Below, piece after piece: positions 46,965 through 57,588 of a DNA stretch of 64,000 nucleotides. The notes under the pieces are model-generated. The model searched no databases, had not been told where the DNA came from, and was given only the letters and a program-made list of their open reading frames with translations. A program made the position numbers and the translations under genes. Origin of the DNA: an uncultured bacterium (GTDB lineage: Bacteria > Verrucomicrobiota > Verrucomicrobiia > CAIQCK01); the NCBI GenBank assembly GCA_903870275.1, contig CAIQCK010000101.1, positions 13,141-77,140 of the forward strand, written 5' to 3'. Every line of letters begins with the position of its first letter. The first letter of the stretch is position 1.

Positions 46965-47843
46965 ATGGCCAGCATCGCGATGACAAAAACCGCTTTCAGG
47001 TCTCGTCGGGCTGTAATTCGCTGGATCGTGCCAGTTCTCACAGCAGTCATTGTCTTCCCGGTGAGTGGAGCTGATGAATCCACCCCGGCTTCCGTGTCGC
47101 CATCGTGGAATGTGGTCAAGCATCCAGTGAGTCCCGACATTAAACACCAATCGTTTGCCAGCAAGGTGGTGAATGCGGAGGTGGGATACAATGTCTGGCT
47201 GCCGCCCGGCTATGACGGCGGCACTGCGCGTTATCCGGTGCTCTATTTTCTTCCCGGCAATGGCGGGAACGAATACGACGGGACCAGCCCCGTGCTTCAG
47301 CGCGTGCGCGCGGCGGTGAAGAAGAAAACCCTGCCGCCGGTGATATGCGCTTTCTGCAATCCGGGCAACGGCACGTTTCGGGACAACCGGGTGCCGGGCG
47401 TTTTGGGCGAGACGATGTTCATAACGGAGTTTGTTCCCATGATTGACCGTGAGTTCCGCACGGTGGCATCCCGCAATGGCCGGGCAGTGACCGGCTTTTC
47501 CATGGGAGGCGGCGGGACACTGCGGTTTGTCCTGGGCCATCCCCAGATGTTTGCGGCAGGAGTCAGTTGGGGTTGCCCGCGGCTGAAGGAGGAAGAAGCG
47601 GCCATGAGTCGATTGGCTCAGGTCAAAGAGGCCGGGACCGCGGTGATGATTGTATTCGGCACCAAGGAATCCGACAAGAGCGTCGGGGTGGCTGAAGGGT
47701 TTGTCAAAGCCCTCTCCGGTCATGGTGTCTCCTGCTTGCTGAAAAGACCGGAGGTGCCGCACAATCTGGAACTCTATTTGAATACCTCCTGGGATGACGT
47801 GGCGGTGTTTCTCAGCGCGCGCCTCAAACCCGGTTCGCAATAG
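46965..47843 (+). CDS. secreted esterase (putative esterase family, CE1-like alpha/beta hydrolase)
   Basis: ..YPVLYFLPGNGGNEYD.., nucleophile elbow GFSMGGGG, C-terminal His region. Signal-like N-terminus. In-frame ATG at 46965; the ORF extends back to 46578. Confidence 0.65.
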   Translation: MASIAMTKTAFRSRRAVIRWIVPVLTAVIVFPVSGADESTPASVSPSWNVVKHPVSPDIKHQSFASKVVNAEVGYNVWLPPGYDGGTARYPVLYFLPGNGGNEYDGTSPVLQRVRAAVKKKTLPPVICAFCNPGNGTFRDNRVPGVLGETMFITEFVPMIDREFRTVASRNGRAVTGFSMGGGGTLRFVLGHPQMFAAGVSWGCPRLKEEEAAMSRLAQVKEAGTAVMIVFGTKESDKSVGVAEGFVKALSGHGVSCLLKRPEVPHNLELYLNTSWDDVAVFLSARLKPGSQ

Positions 47844-47895
47844 ATTAAAAACACGGTAGCTGCCACCGGTTTGGAGCAAGCCAAGGAGACAAACG

Positions 47896-48819
47896 ATGAC
47901 ACAGTGGATTGTCACGCGATGCGCGCTCGCGAGCGCGCTTTGTTCCCTCACAGCCAACGCCGAGGCGCCGGCGCTAGGGCCCGGCGACCGTGAGATCACC
48001 GTGCGGGTTGGCACTCAAACGCGCACCTGTCTGATTCATCTGCCTCCAGCGCACGGCGGCGCGAAGCTCCTGCCTTTGCTGATCACGCTTCACGCATCCG
48101 GGCAAACCGGCGAGGCCATGGCCAAGATGACAGGGTTCAACGCCATGGCGGATAAACACGGCTGGATGACCGCGTTTCCAGACGGCATGATCGGCAAAAA
48201 GCGCGCCTGGAGCTCCCTCTTCGGCAAGGGTCCCGCCAACCAGATCGTGTTGGCCGACGACGTGGACCATGTCGCACTCATCCGGTCGCTCATTGATACA
48301 CTGCGCAATTCCCATCATGCCGACCCGAATCGCGTCTTCGTTTGCGGCCATTCGTCGGGCGCCTTCATGGCCTACCGGGTGGCGATAGATCTGGCCGACC
48401 GGGTCGCTGCGGCCGGGGTCGTCAACGGCTCGTTGGGAATCCGGTTGCTGGATGGCAAACCCTCCATCTCCGACATCCCCATGCCGGTGGCCCCTGTCTC
48501 CGTGATCCACATCTGTGGCGCGAAGGACAACCTCGTGAAGTTCGACGGCGTCCAGACTCCCAGGGTGGTCACCAAGTCCGTGCCTGACTGCATCCAGCAC
48601 TTCGTCAAGGCCAATGGATGCGCCGCCACCGGCAAGGAGACCAAAGACGCTGAGCACGGCGTGGACCGCACGCTCTATTCCGGGGGCAAGGCGGGCACCG
48701 AGGTCGAACTGGTGATCGTTGAGAACTGCGACCACAACTGGCCGTTCCCGCCAACCGGCCTTTCAGCCAGCCAGGAATTGTGGGACTTCTTCACCAAGCA
48801 CCCCAAAGCTGCGCGCTAG
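47896..48819 (+). CDS. secreted esterase, PHB-depolymerase/LpqC-like (CE1-like)
   Basis: Signal peptide. ..LPLLITLHASGQTGE.. and nucleophile elbow GHSSGAF, the characteristic Esterase_PHB pattern. Confidence 0.65.
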   Translation: MTQWIVTRCALASALCSLTANAEAPALGPGDREITVRVGTQTRTCLIHLPPAHGGAKLLPLLITLHASGQTGEAMAKMTGFNAMADKHGWMTAFPDGMIGKKRAWSSLFGKGPANQIVLADDVDHVALIRSLIDTLRNSHHADPNRVFVCGHSSGAFMAYRVAIDLADRVAAAGVVNGSLGIRLLDGKPSISDIPMPVAPVSVIHICGAKDNLVKFDGVQTPRVVTKSVPDCIQHFVKANGCAATGKETKDAEHGVDRTLYSGGKAGTEVELVIVENCDHNWPFPPTGLSASQELWDFFTKHPKAAR

Positions 48820-49039
48820 GTCGCACATCTGTAGTTGCCTGCACCTTGGATGACCACCCGCTCCACCCTATTCAACTCTGCATCCGCGTTCATTCGCGGC
48901 GGCTGCCGTTCTCGGTTTAGCCCATCGCCGTTGCGGATTTTTTGTGGCGCATGGACGGCTTTCAGGGCAGGCTGCCGCGAGCGACCAGGAGACTGCACAG
49001 GCGATGTTCAAGCACGCGCGCACGAAAAGGAGAATTGTC

Positions 49040-50113
49040 ATGAGTCATCATCGAATCGTTCTGATCTTAGCCGTCGCCCTCATGCTGTCTGCGGCTTGTT
49101 TCGCGGCGGAGACTGACAGTGCCAATCTGCCGAAGGTGACGGTGACGAATCTGCGGCGGGTGTTCCACAACGGCGAACACAACGCCTTCACCGATCTCGT
49201 GCGGTATCATGGTCAGCTTTATCTCACCTTCCGAAGCTGTCCCGACGGCCACATGGTCTTCCCCACGTCGTCCATCATCATCATGCGCAGCCGGGACGGC
49301 GCGACATGGGAGGAAGCGCATCGCTTCCGCGTGGACTTGCGAGACACGCGCGACCCGCATTTCCTCGTCTTCAAAGACAAGCTCTTTGTCTATACCGGCA
49401 CTTGGTATAGCGGGCCGACGAAACCTGCGCGCGAGGATTACGACCTCAACAAACACCTCGGCTACGCCGCGTGGACCGACGACGGCGCAACGTGGCACAG
49501 CCCGATCATGCTCGAAGGCACCTTCGGCCATTACATCTGGCGGGCGGCGGCGTGCGGCGACAAAGCGTATCTTTGCGGCCGGCGAAACATCGGATTCGCC
49601 ATCGGCGTGCGCGGCGAAGGCAGGAAGGTCGAGTCGCTCATGCTGGAAAGCGATGACGGTCTCATCTGGCGCAAGCGCGCGGTGTTTCAGGAAATCGCCG
49701 GCGACGAGACGGCGTTCATGTTCGAGCCGGATGGCAGCGTGCTCGGCGTGGGCCGGCGCGGCAGCGCTCCCGCGCAACTGTTGCGCTCCAAACCGCCCTA
49801 CACAAACTGGGACCGCAAGGACCTCGACCGCTACATCGGCGGGCCGTTGATAACCAAGTGGGGCGACCACATTATCGTCGGTGGCCGCAAGACGACGAAG
49901 GAAGCCGGGCCGAAGATGTCGCTCTGCTGGCTGGTCGGCGACCAGTTGCACGAGTTCGCCGAGTTCCCCAGCGGCGGCGACTGCTCTTATCCCGGGTTTG
50001 TCGAACTCGCGCCCGGCCGCGCGCTGGTCTCCTACTACTCCAGCCACGAGAAGGACGCGTCGGGCAAAACGATCACGGCGGTCTATCTGGCGGAGCTGGT
50101 GCTGGGAAAGTAA
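49040..50113 (+). CDS. secreted BNR/sialidase-superfamily beta-propeller protein (no canonical Asp-boxes)
   Basis: Signal peptide MSHHRIVLILAVALMLSAACFA with AAGGAG RBS. Repeating ..W.. / ..DDG..W.. blades. Similar to sialidase-like glycosidase domains. The ORF extends back to 48944. Confidence 0.5.
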   Translation: MSHHRIVLILAVALMLSAACFAAETDSANLPKVTVTNLRRVFHNGEHNAFTDLVRYHGQLYLTFRSCPDGHMVFPTSSIIIMRSRDGATWEEAHRFRVDLRDTRDPHFLVFKDKLFVYTGTWYSGPTKPAREDYDLNKHLGYAAWTDDGATWHSPIMLEGTFGHYIWRAAACGDKAYLCGRRNIGFAIGVRGEGRKVESLMLESDDGLIWRKRAVFQEIAGDETAFMFEPDGSVLGVGRRGSAPAQLLRSKPPYTNWDRKDLDRYIGGPLITKWGDHIIVGGRKTTKEAGPKMSLCWLVGDQLHEFAEFPSGGDCSYPGFVELAPGRALVSYYSSHEKDASGKTITAVYLAELVLGK

Positions 50114-50122
50114 ACCGCCACG

Positions 50123-51799
50123 ATGAAACAACTCATGAACCGCCGACAGTTCCTGACCTCCTCCGCTGGCGCGCTCGTCGCATCGGCCGCGTCATCGGAT
50201 AGTTTCGCTGACGAGTCGCCCATTGAATTGCCATCCGATCACCAAAACGCGATGGCTCGACGAAAACGGCGCATCGTGATTCAGCACGATGTGCATTGGG
50301 TGATGCTCAACTACGGGAAAATGCACCCGGATGGCGGCGCGGCTTTCGCGCCCTTTTGTGACGCGGTTTTCTCGTATGTGGACGAACCGGACAGCCAGAT
50401 TGATGCGATCTGGTGGGACATCGGCGGCAACGCCACGGGCGCCATTTATCCGAGCAAGGTGGCGCCGTCCGTGGCTCCTGCGCTGGTGCAGCAGTGGTTG
50501 CGCGACGGTGTGGATTGGGCCAAGGAACTGGTCGCCGAAACGCGCCAACGAAAGCTGGAGTGTTTTTGGAATCACCGCATCAGCGAGGTGGACATCCTGC
50601 CCGAAGGCGGCCACTCGAAACAGCCCGATCCGCTCAAGCTGGAGCATCCCGATTGGGTGGTGCCAACTTCGTGGTGGCCGCACGGCATGTGGAATCTGGC
50701 GGCGGCGGGATTGCGCGAACACAAGGTTGCGCTCCTGCGCGAGATTGCGACGCGCTACGACCTGGACGGGATTCAGATTGATTTCGCCCGCCACGTTCCC
50801 TGTTTGCCAGTGGGCCGGCAGTGGGAACTTCGCGATCACGTCACGCAGTTCATGCGCATGGTGCGGCGGATGTTGCTGGAGGTCGCGCGCCAGCGGGGAC
50901 GACCATTCCTGCTGGCGGCGAGAGTGCCACAGACATTGGATGGATGCCGTGCGGACGGCTTCGACGTGAAGACGTGGGCGGAGCAGCATTTGGTGGACGT
51001 GCTGACGCTTGGCTCGCGCTCCATGGATGTGGACGTCGAGAGCCTCCGGGCCGCCATCGGCAGGCAGGTTCAGCTTCAACCCTGCTTTGACGACCACCAC
51101 ACCACCGACGGCTATCGCTACGCCTCCATAGAGTTCTTGCGCGGCGTTTTCGCGAACCACTTTCAACGCGGCGCGGATGGCGTGGTGGCCTTCAACTGGC
51201 CCATCGGCACGCCCGAAGTGGCCCGTTCGGTTGGCGGCGAGATTGCTCCGCTCACGCATCGGGTCGCGTTCAAGGAAATCGGCGACCCGCGCACGCTCGC
51301 GAGCAAGGACAAGATGTTCGCCGTCGAGCGCCGCGGCGGATATCCGTGGGCCGAGGGATTTTTCAACCGCAACGACACTGCGCCGTTGCCCGCGCCGCTG
51401 GCCGGCGACGGTCGCGCCGCCGGATTCGTGCTGCACATGAGTGACGCGCCTGAGGCAACCGACGCGAAGGTCGTTCTGCGCTGCGTTCTGTTCCGCGCGA
51501 CAGAAAAAGATGAATTTGAAGTCCACATCAACGGCGCACCGCTGGCCATCCACCTGCGCGATACCGAATGGAAGGACGCGCAAATTTTCTCTCCCGCCCC
51601 GCAGCCGGCGTCCGGCGGCAAGGGCCAATACCGGGTCAATCCGAAACAACGTCTGCTCCGGTTGGACTGCCACGTTTCGCGCGAAGCGTGGAAGCGCGGT
51701 CCCAACCGCATCGAAATCCGCGTCGCCTCGCGCGGGCCATCTCCATCCACTGAAGTCATTCAGCTTGAAAAACTCGAAGCGCACCTGCGATACCATTGA
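50123..51799 (+). CDS. Tat-exported TIM-barrel glycoside-hydrolase-like protein
   Basis: Tat motif NRRQFLTSSAGALVASAA. (beta/alpha)8-like pattern with ..DLDGIQIDFARH.. and ..WWDIGGNA... Family unresolved. Confidence 0.5.
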   Translation: MKQLMNRRQFLTSSAGALVASAASSDSFADESPIELPSDHQNAMARRKRRIVIQHDVHWVMLNYGKMHPDGGAAFAPFCDAVFSYVDEPDSQIDAIWWDIGGNATGAIYPSKVAPSVAPALVQQWLRDGVDWAKELVAETRQRKLECFWNHRISEVDILPEGGHSKQPDPLKLEHPDWVVPTSWWPHGMWNLAAAGLREHKVALLREIATRYDLDGIQIDFARHVPCLPVGRQWELRDHVTQFMRMVRRMLLEVARQRGRPFLLAARVPQTLDGCRADGFDVKTWAEQHLVDVLTLGSRSMDVDVESLRAAIGRQVQLQPCFDDHHTTDGYRYASIEFLRGVFANHFQRGADGVVAFNWPIGTPEVARSVGGEIAPLTHRVAFKEIGDPRTLASKDKMFAVERRGGYPWAEGFFNRNDTAPLPAPLAGDGRAAGFVLHMSDAPEATDAKVVLRCVLFRATEKDEFEVHINGAPLAIHLRDTEWKDAQIFSPAPQPASGGKGQYRVNPKQRLLRLDCHVSREAWKRGPNRIEIRVASRGPSPSTEVIQLEKLEAHLRYH

Positions 51800-51877
51800 G
51801 GAGACAACCCCGCACAACCATGAAGCCCTTTCCCGAAGTTGATGATGGGAACATGAATCGTTGAAAGGAAACCTGCC

Positions 51878-52966
51878 ATGACAGACCTCTCCCGCCGCAC
51901 CGTGTTGAAGTTGGGAACCGCCGGATTGGCTGGCTCGGCATTGCCCGCACTCACGTCAGGAAGCGAGAAGGCGGGCAAGACGAGCGACGGTTTGTGCAAC
52001 GCGGCCATCAACATCCGCGCCCATCAACTGCTGAGTCTTGTCTGCGTCCTCGGCGGCGCGAAATGCCCGTTGATGGAAGCAGCCAAGGCGCGCGCGGTGT
52101 TGCAGCGGCTCGGCAGCGATCCCACGACCGCGATCCGTCTGATATCGAACGCGGACGAGATTCCGCATTATACCAAGCTGGCGCAGACAGGGAAAGCCGC
52201 GCCGGACGCGCAGGAGGTGCTGAATCGAAAACGCGACCTCGACGTGCTCCAGCGGCTGGGCCTCGCGCCGGGCGACACGCGCCGCGCCCGTTACCTTTAC
52301 GACCTGCTGTTCAAGCGCATCGAGACCCCGAAAGGCATTTGCGCCCATGACACGCCGGGATGGGAAGGCTGTCCGCTCGCAAAAGACGGCGCGTATGAAC
52401 GCGTGCGCGCGCAGGGGTGGAAGACGGTCGTTTATTTGCGAACGGATCAGGAGCGCGAGCAATACCGCCGCCGCAATGTGCAGCGCATCGAGACGGGCGA
52501 CCGCCTCTTCGTCCGTCCGCACCATTTGATGTGCCTGGCGTGCTGGTATGCCGGCGGCAAGAACCAGTCGCCCCGGCCCAACGACACGTTATTCGAAATC
52601 TGGCAGCGCATCCGCCGCGAGCCGGACGCGCCCATTACGCTGGTCGAAGGAACGTGCATGGCCTGCGATTGCTGCGACGGCTTCCATCCGCCCAACGGCC
52701 GCTGCGTCCACTCGTGCGGGCTGATCCGCGATTACAAAAAAGACCTCGACGTTCTCCAGAAGCTTGGGCTGATGCCCGGCGCGACAATGAAGGCGCGCGA
52801 ACTGTTCGCCCTCTTGTTCCAGCGCATCCCGTCCACGCGCGACGTCTGCGCCTACGGCGACGGCATCGAGCGCTCCGAGGAATGGAAAATTTGCAGCGGC
52901 CCCGACGGCAATCCGGGCTACGTCGCGACACGACGAACAGGCGTCTTCAACGAAGACCGCTCATGA
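51878..52966 (+). CDS. Tat-exported cysteine-rich hypothetical protein with internal duplication
   Basis: Tat motif SRRTVLKLGTAGLAGSA. Two homologous about 40-aa segments (KRDLDVLQRLGLAPGDTRRARYLYDLLFKRIETPKGICAH / KKDLDVLQKLGLMPGATMKARELFALLFQRIPSTRDVCAY). Cys clusters CNAAINIRAHQLLSLVCVLGGAKC and CLACW...CMACDCCDGFHPPNGRCVHSC. Confidence 0.55.
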   Translation: MTDLSRRTVLKLGTAGLAGSALPALTSGSEKAGKTSDGLCNAAINIRAHQLLSLVCVLGGAKCPLMEAAKARAVLQRLGSDPTTAIRLISNADEIPHYTKLAQTGKAAPDAQEVLNRKRDLDVLQRLGLAPGDTRRARYLYDLLFKRIETPKGICAHDTPGWEGCPLAKDGAYERVRAQGWKTVVYLRTDQEREQYRRRNVQRIETGDRLFVRPHHLMCLACWYAGGKNQSPRPNDTLFEIWQRIRREPDAPITLVEGTCMACDCCDGFHPPNGRCVHSCGLIRDYKKDLDVLQKLGLMPGATMKARELFALLFQRIPSTRDVCAYGDGIERSEEWKICSGPDGNPGYVATRRTGVFNEDRS

Positions 52967-53009
52967 CGCACATCAGAAACCCGCACTAACAGACGATTTC
53001 GGAAAACAC

Positions 53010-55409
53010 ATGAAACACAATCCAATGAACAAAACCCTGGTCCATCTCTTTTTCGCAACCGCCTTGCTCGTCAGCGATGTCGTGGCTGACGATTCCGGCA
53101 AGGCGCGTGGATGGCCAGACACCGCCCCGTTGACGAAACGAAGCGTGATCGTGACTTTCGACGGCGGCGCCTCCGTGCGCGTGGACGTGCTGGGCCAAAA
53201 GCTGTTTCGCATCCGCCACAGCAAGACGGGCCAGTGGACGGAATCGGGACTGAACCGTTACGGCATATTCACCACGTCCTTTCCCGATGTCGCCTTTGAG
53301 CGGACGGAGGGCAAAGGCGAAATGGTGGTCGCCACCCAACAGGCCAGGCTCACCATCAACCGCAAAGACGGTGCCATCGCTCTGGCGACTGCCGACGGAA
53401 TCGCGCTGACGCAGCAGGCCGCTCCCGTCTATGAAACCAACGGCGGCTATGATGTCCGTTTCACACTGGCCAAGGACGAGCGTCTCTACGGGTTGGGCGA
53501 CGTCAGCCGCGAGAACATCATGCGCCGGCCCGGTGTCTATGAGTTTTGGGTGCTCAATGTGAAAGCGTATATCCCGATTCCAGTGATGTTGAGCAGCCGG
53601 GGCTGGGGCATGCTAATGAACACCACCTGGCGCAACACCATGGACATCGGCAAGAGCGACCCGGACCGGATCGTCTGCACCGCGCCCCGGAGCGATCTCG
53701 ACTACTATCTGTTTTGCGGGCCGGATTATCGGAGTCTGCTCGACACCTACACGTCGTTCAGCGGGCGCCCTGCCCTGTTGCCGATCTGGGGATATGCGTT
53801 CACCTACGTCTGCAACGAAAACATTGACGCCTTTAACATGATAAACGAGGCGCTCACATTCCGGCGCGAGGGCATGCCGTGCGACGTCATCGGACTCGAA
53901 CCCGGCTGGATGTCCAAGAACTACGACGGCACCACCGCGAAGGCCTGGCATCCCCAGCGTTTTCCAATCCCCTACTGGGCGCCGAAGGGGCCGCATACCT
54001 TTCTCGGCGCGCTCAAGCGCAAAGGGTTCAAGCTCAGCCTCTGGCTCTGTTGCGATTACGATTTGGGCGTTTACGAGGAAGAACTGCTCGCCGGGCGTAA
54101 AACGGCGCCGGCATCGGACGCCAAATCGGCCACGGCGCGTGGCTCCGTCAACATCCAGGAAGGATTCGAAGACGAGCGGCTGACCAAACCCACAGGCGCC
54201 AAAACAAAGAACGCGGCCAAACACGAAGCGCCGTCGGTCCTGGAACCCTGGTTCGATCATCTCAGCAAGTTCGTGGATCAGGGTGTCTCGGCGTTCAAAC
54301 TCGACGGCTCCAGCCAGGTCATCGAACATCCCACCCGCAAATGGGGCAACGGCATGACGGACGAAGAGATGCACAACCTCTATCCCGTGATCTATGCCAA
54401 ACAGATGTCGCGGGGATTTGAGGACCACGCCAAACGCCGTTCCATGATTTACTCCGCCGGCGGGTACTCGGGCGTCCAGCAGTTCGTCGCCACCTGGGCC
54501 GGCGACACCGGAGGCGGAGCCAAGCCGCTGGCCTCCATGTTGAATCTCGCGTTCTCGGGTCATTCCAACCACTCGTGCGACATGAATGTCTCCGATGTGG
54601 AAGGCATTCACTTTGGGTTTCTACAAACTTGGGCACAGCAAAATAACTGGGCTTATTGGTATCAGCCCTGGCTCCTGGAGGACGCGCAGACCGCCGCGTT
54701 CCGCGCGTATGGGCAGCTTCGCTACAAGCTGCTCCCCTATCTTTACTCGACGGCCGCCGAGGCCGCGCTGACCGGTTATCCGGTCATGCGCGCGATGTCC
54801 ATGGCTTATCCCGACGATCCGGCGTGGGACGCCAGCCGGGCGCAATACATGTTGGGCGATTTTCTGTTGGTCTCGGCCTTCTCCAAAGAAGTCCGTCTGC
54901 CGAAAGGAGCGTGGATTGATTTCTGGAGCGGTAAACGTCTCGACGGGCCGGCGACGGTTCCCGTGCAAATCACGCCCACGCAGGGTGGCGCGCTGCTGGT
55001 GAAAAGTGGCGCCATCATTCCCACATGGCCGCCTTGCGATCATGTCGGAAAAGGCTGGTCGCCTGAAGTCGGATTGCTCGTTTACCCGGCGGCCAGCAGC
55101 GCCTTCACGTTGTATGAAGATGACGGCGCAAGCCTCGCCTACCGTAAAGGCAAGTTCGCCCGGACGCGCCTGACTTGCGAGACGACCGGGAAGACAACCA
55201 AACTGACCATCGGCGGGCGGGAAGGAAGCTACGCCGGCATGCCCGCGACGCGCGACTTCACCGCCACCATTCATTTGCCCGCCCGTCCCAAAACAGTCAC
55301 GCTCGACGCCGTGGCTGTGACCGACTGGCAGTGGAGCGACGAAACTTCGGTCGCAACGATCAAAATTCCCGCGTGCGGCAATGGGCCACGGGTGTTGGTC
55401 TGCGACTAA
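53010..55409 (+). CDS. glycoside hydrolase family 31 (alpha-glucosidase/alpha-xylosidase-like), secreted
   Basis: Signal peptide. GH31-type regions ..DVIGLEPGWM.., ..SAFKLDGS.. and ..IYSAGGYSGVQQFVATWAGDTGG.. (equivalent to the GH31 ..RS.F.G.QRY...W.GDN.. block). Confidence 0.7.
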   Translation: MKHNPMNKTLVHLFFATALLVSDVVADDSGKARGWPDTAPLTKRSVIVTFDGGASVRVDVLGQKLFRIRHSKTGQWTESGLNRYGIFTTSFPDVAFERTEGKGEMVVATQQARLTINRKDGAIALATADGIALTQQAAPVYETNGGYDVRFTLAKDERLYGLGDVSRENIMRRPGVYEFWVLNVKAYIPIPVMLSSRGWGMLMNTTWRNTMDIGKSDPDRIVCTAPRSDLDYYLFCGPDYRSLLDTYTSFSGRPALLPIWGYAFTYVCNENIDAFNMINEALTFRREGMPCDVIGLEPGWMSKNYDGTTAKAWHPQRFPIPYWAPKGPHTFLGALKRKGFKLSLWLCCDYDLGVYEEELLAGRKTAPASDAKSATARGSVNIQEGFEDERLTKPTGAKTKNAAKHEAPSVLEPWFDHLSKFVDQGVSAFKLDGSSQVIEHPTRKWGNGMTDEEMHNLYPVIYAKQMSRGFEDHAKRRSMIYSAGGYSGVQQFVATWAGDTGGGAKPLASMLNLAFSGHSNHSCDMNVSDVEGIHFGFLQTWAQQNNWAYWYQPWLLEDAQTAAFRAYGQLRYKLLPYLYSTAAEAALTGYPVMRAMSMAYPDDPAWDASRAQYMLGDFLLVSAFSKEVRLPKGAWIDFWSGKRLDGPATVPVQITPTQGGALLVKSGAIIPTWPPCDHVGKGWSPEVGLLVYPAASSAFTLYEDDGASLAYRKGKFARTRLTCETTGKTTKLTIGGREGSYAGMPATRDFTATIHLPARPKTVTLDAVAVTDWQWSDETSVATIKIPACGNGPRVLVCD

Positions 55410-55437
55410 CCCGTAACCGCGCCGGTATGCGAGGCGA

Positions 55438-57567
55438 ATGATCTTCGAATCAACCCGGATGATAGCAACCTCAACGCTCAAACCGGTCCTGGCGCGCGTC
55501 ATCGTTGCGTTGACCTTTCTCCATGTTCTCGCCTTTGCTGACGCTACGCCTGTCGAGAAAACACCACCGTTGGACACCCGATTGCCGAGCGCAGATGAAC
55601 TGATGGCCGCAAAACAATGGATTCAAACCACCCTGCTTGACGGAAAGGCGCGCAAGCCGTTCAGCTTCGTTTATGACGGCAAAGAGTCCGGCACCTTGTT
55701 TGGCAGATGGAAGCCGGGCAAGCGGACACGCAACCTGGATGCGCGACGGCACGAGCACACGCTGACGTGGACGGACGCCGCAACGGGTTTGCAGATCCGC
55801 TGCGTTACGGTGGAATACGCCGACTTCCCGGTGGTGGAGTGGACGGTTCGCCTCAAAAACACCGGAAAAGAAATCACACCCATCGTTGAGAATATTCAAG
55901 GGCTTAGCGCCCGCTTTGAGCGAAGCATGGGAGGGGAATTTGTTCTTCACGGCAACCGGGGCGATTCATGCGTCGTCGAAAGTTATCGGCCCTATGAACT
56001 GACGATGGGTCCCGATTTTTCAAAACGCTTCTCGCCTCCAGTGAAGGGTGACATGGTGTCGGGCAAATCGTCCGATGGCCCCGACGGCTGGCCTTACTTC
56101 AATCTTCAAAAACCGGGTGGCGGAATCATCATCGCCGTGGGCTGGCCGGGACAATGGGAGGCTTCGTTTGCTCGCGATCATGATTGCGGCGTGCAGATCA
56201 ACGCCGGACAACAACTCACCCACCTGTATCTGAAACCCGGCGAGGAGATTCGCACGCCGCTGATCGCGCTCTTGTTCTGGCAAGGAACGGACGTCGTGCG
56301 AGCACAGAATCTCTGGCGCTCGTGGTATTTGCGGCACAACCTCCCACGAATCAACGGCAAGCCGCAACCGCCGGTCAGTTCAATTCAAGTCGAGGGATCT
56401 CTGTCGTTCCTGCCGAAGGTCGAGGCTTATCTCGAAGCGGGTATCAAACCAGACGTTTGCTGGCGGGATGCCGGAGGCCAGCACACCTGGTATCCCAACC
56501 GCACAGGTCCTTACACGGGCAAAATGGCCTGGCTCAACACCGGCACCTGGGAACCCGATCCCGTGAGGTATCCGCAGGGGTTCAAACCCTTCAGCGACAA
56601 GGTGCGCGCCATGGGCATGCAGTTTCTCTTATGGTTTGAGCCGGAACGCGTCGGCGATCCGGATTCATGGCTCGGCAAGAACCATCCCGAATGGTTGCTG
56701 CCGGGAAACAGTAACGGCTCGGTGCTCAATGAGGGTATTCCACAGGCCTTAAGTTGGCTGATTCATCACGTGGACGGCATGATCAAATCCCAAGGACTCG
56801 ACTGGTATCGCGAAGACTTGAACGGCGCTCATTACGGGACCGCGTGGCGAAAGAATGATGCCGCCGATCGCCAGGGCATCACCGAGAACCTCTATATGCA
56901 AGGACATCTGGCCTTTTGGGATGAACTCCGACGCAGAAATCCAAAGCTGCACATTGATTCCTGCGCCTCCGGTGGCCGGCGTAACGATCTGGAGACCATG
57001 AGGCGGGCGGTGCCGCTCCTTCGCAGTGATTTTCAATTCCCAACCATGAAGGGCGTCATCGAAGGGAACCAGGGACATACCTACGGCATCTCGTCATGGC
57101 TGCCCTGGAATGGTTCCGGCGTTTACTTCACGGATAGCTACGCCGTCCGCAGTTTTCTGCTGCCGGGCTTTGGCGTTGTCCCTCCCGGCGATTGGGCAAA
57201 ATCGGACAAAGAGCGAGCCGCGATAAAAAAGGCCTATGATGAATGCCGCCAAGCCGCGCCGCTCATGCTCGGTGATTACTTTCCGCTGACGCCTTACAGT
57301 TTGGATACGGACAAATGGATCGCATGGCAGTTTCATCGTTCCGACCTCGGCGAGAGCCTCGTGCAAGCCTTTCGCAGACCCAACGCGGAATCGGAAACGC
57401 TCACGGTCAAACTCCGCGGCCTCGAACCGGATTCGCGCTACGAGGTGGAAAATTTCGACGGAGGCAAAGAAACGCGCACCGGACACGACTTGATGGACGG
57501 CTTCGCGATCAGACTGGTTTCCAAGCCCGCAGCGGCGGTGCTTGTTTTGCGAAAAGTCCGGCGATAA
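55438..57567 (+). CDS. glycoside hydrolase family 36 alpha-galactosidase-like, secreted
   Basis: Signal peptide (start possibly 55459). GH36 signatures ..GLDWYREDLN.. (KxD nucleophile region analogue) and ..IDSCASGGRR.. (CxSGGGR motif). Confidence 0.7.
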   Translation: MIFESTRMIATSTLKPVLARVIVALTFLHVLAFADATPVEKTPPLDTRLPSADELMAAKQWIQTTLLDGKARKPFSFVYDGKESGTLFGRWKPGKRTRNLDARRHEHTLTWTDAATGLQIRCVTVEYADFPVVEWTVRLKNTGKEITPIVENIQGLSARFERSMGGEFVLHGNRGDSCVVESYRPYELTMGPDFSKRFSPPVKGDMVSGKSSDGPDGWPYFNLQKPGGGIIIAVGWPGQWEASFARDHDCGVQINAGQQLTHLYLKPGEEIRTPLIALLFWQGTDVVRAQNLWRSWYLRHNLPRINGKPQPPVSSIQVEGSLSFLPKVEAYLEAGIKPDVCWRDAGGQHTWYPNRTGPYTGKMAWLNTGTWEPDPVRYPQGFKPFSDKVRAMGMQFLLWFEPERVGDPDSWLGKNHPEWLLPGNSNGSVLNEGIPQALSWLIHHVDGMIKSQGLDWYREDLNGAHYGTAWRKNDAADRQGITENLYMQGHLAFWDELRRRNPKLHIDSCASGGRRNDLETMRRAVPLLRSDFQFPTMKGVIEGNQGHTYGISSWLPWNGSGVYFTDSYAVRSFLLPGFGVVPPGDWAKSDKERAAIKKAYDECRQAAPLMLGDYFPLTPYSLDTDKWIAWQFHRSDLGESLVQAFRRPNAESETLTVKLRGLEPDSRYEVENFDGGKETRTGHDLMDGFAIRLVSKPAAAVLVLRKVRR

Positions 57568-57588
57568 ACATACACGAGAGACAACTCT

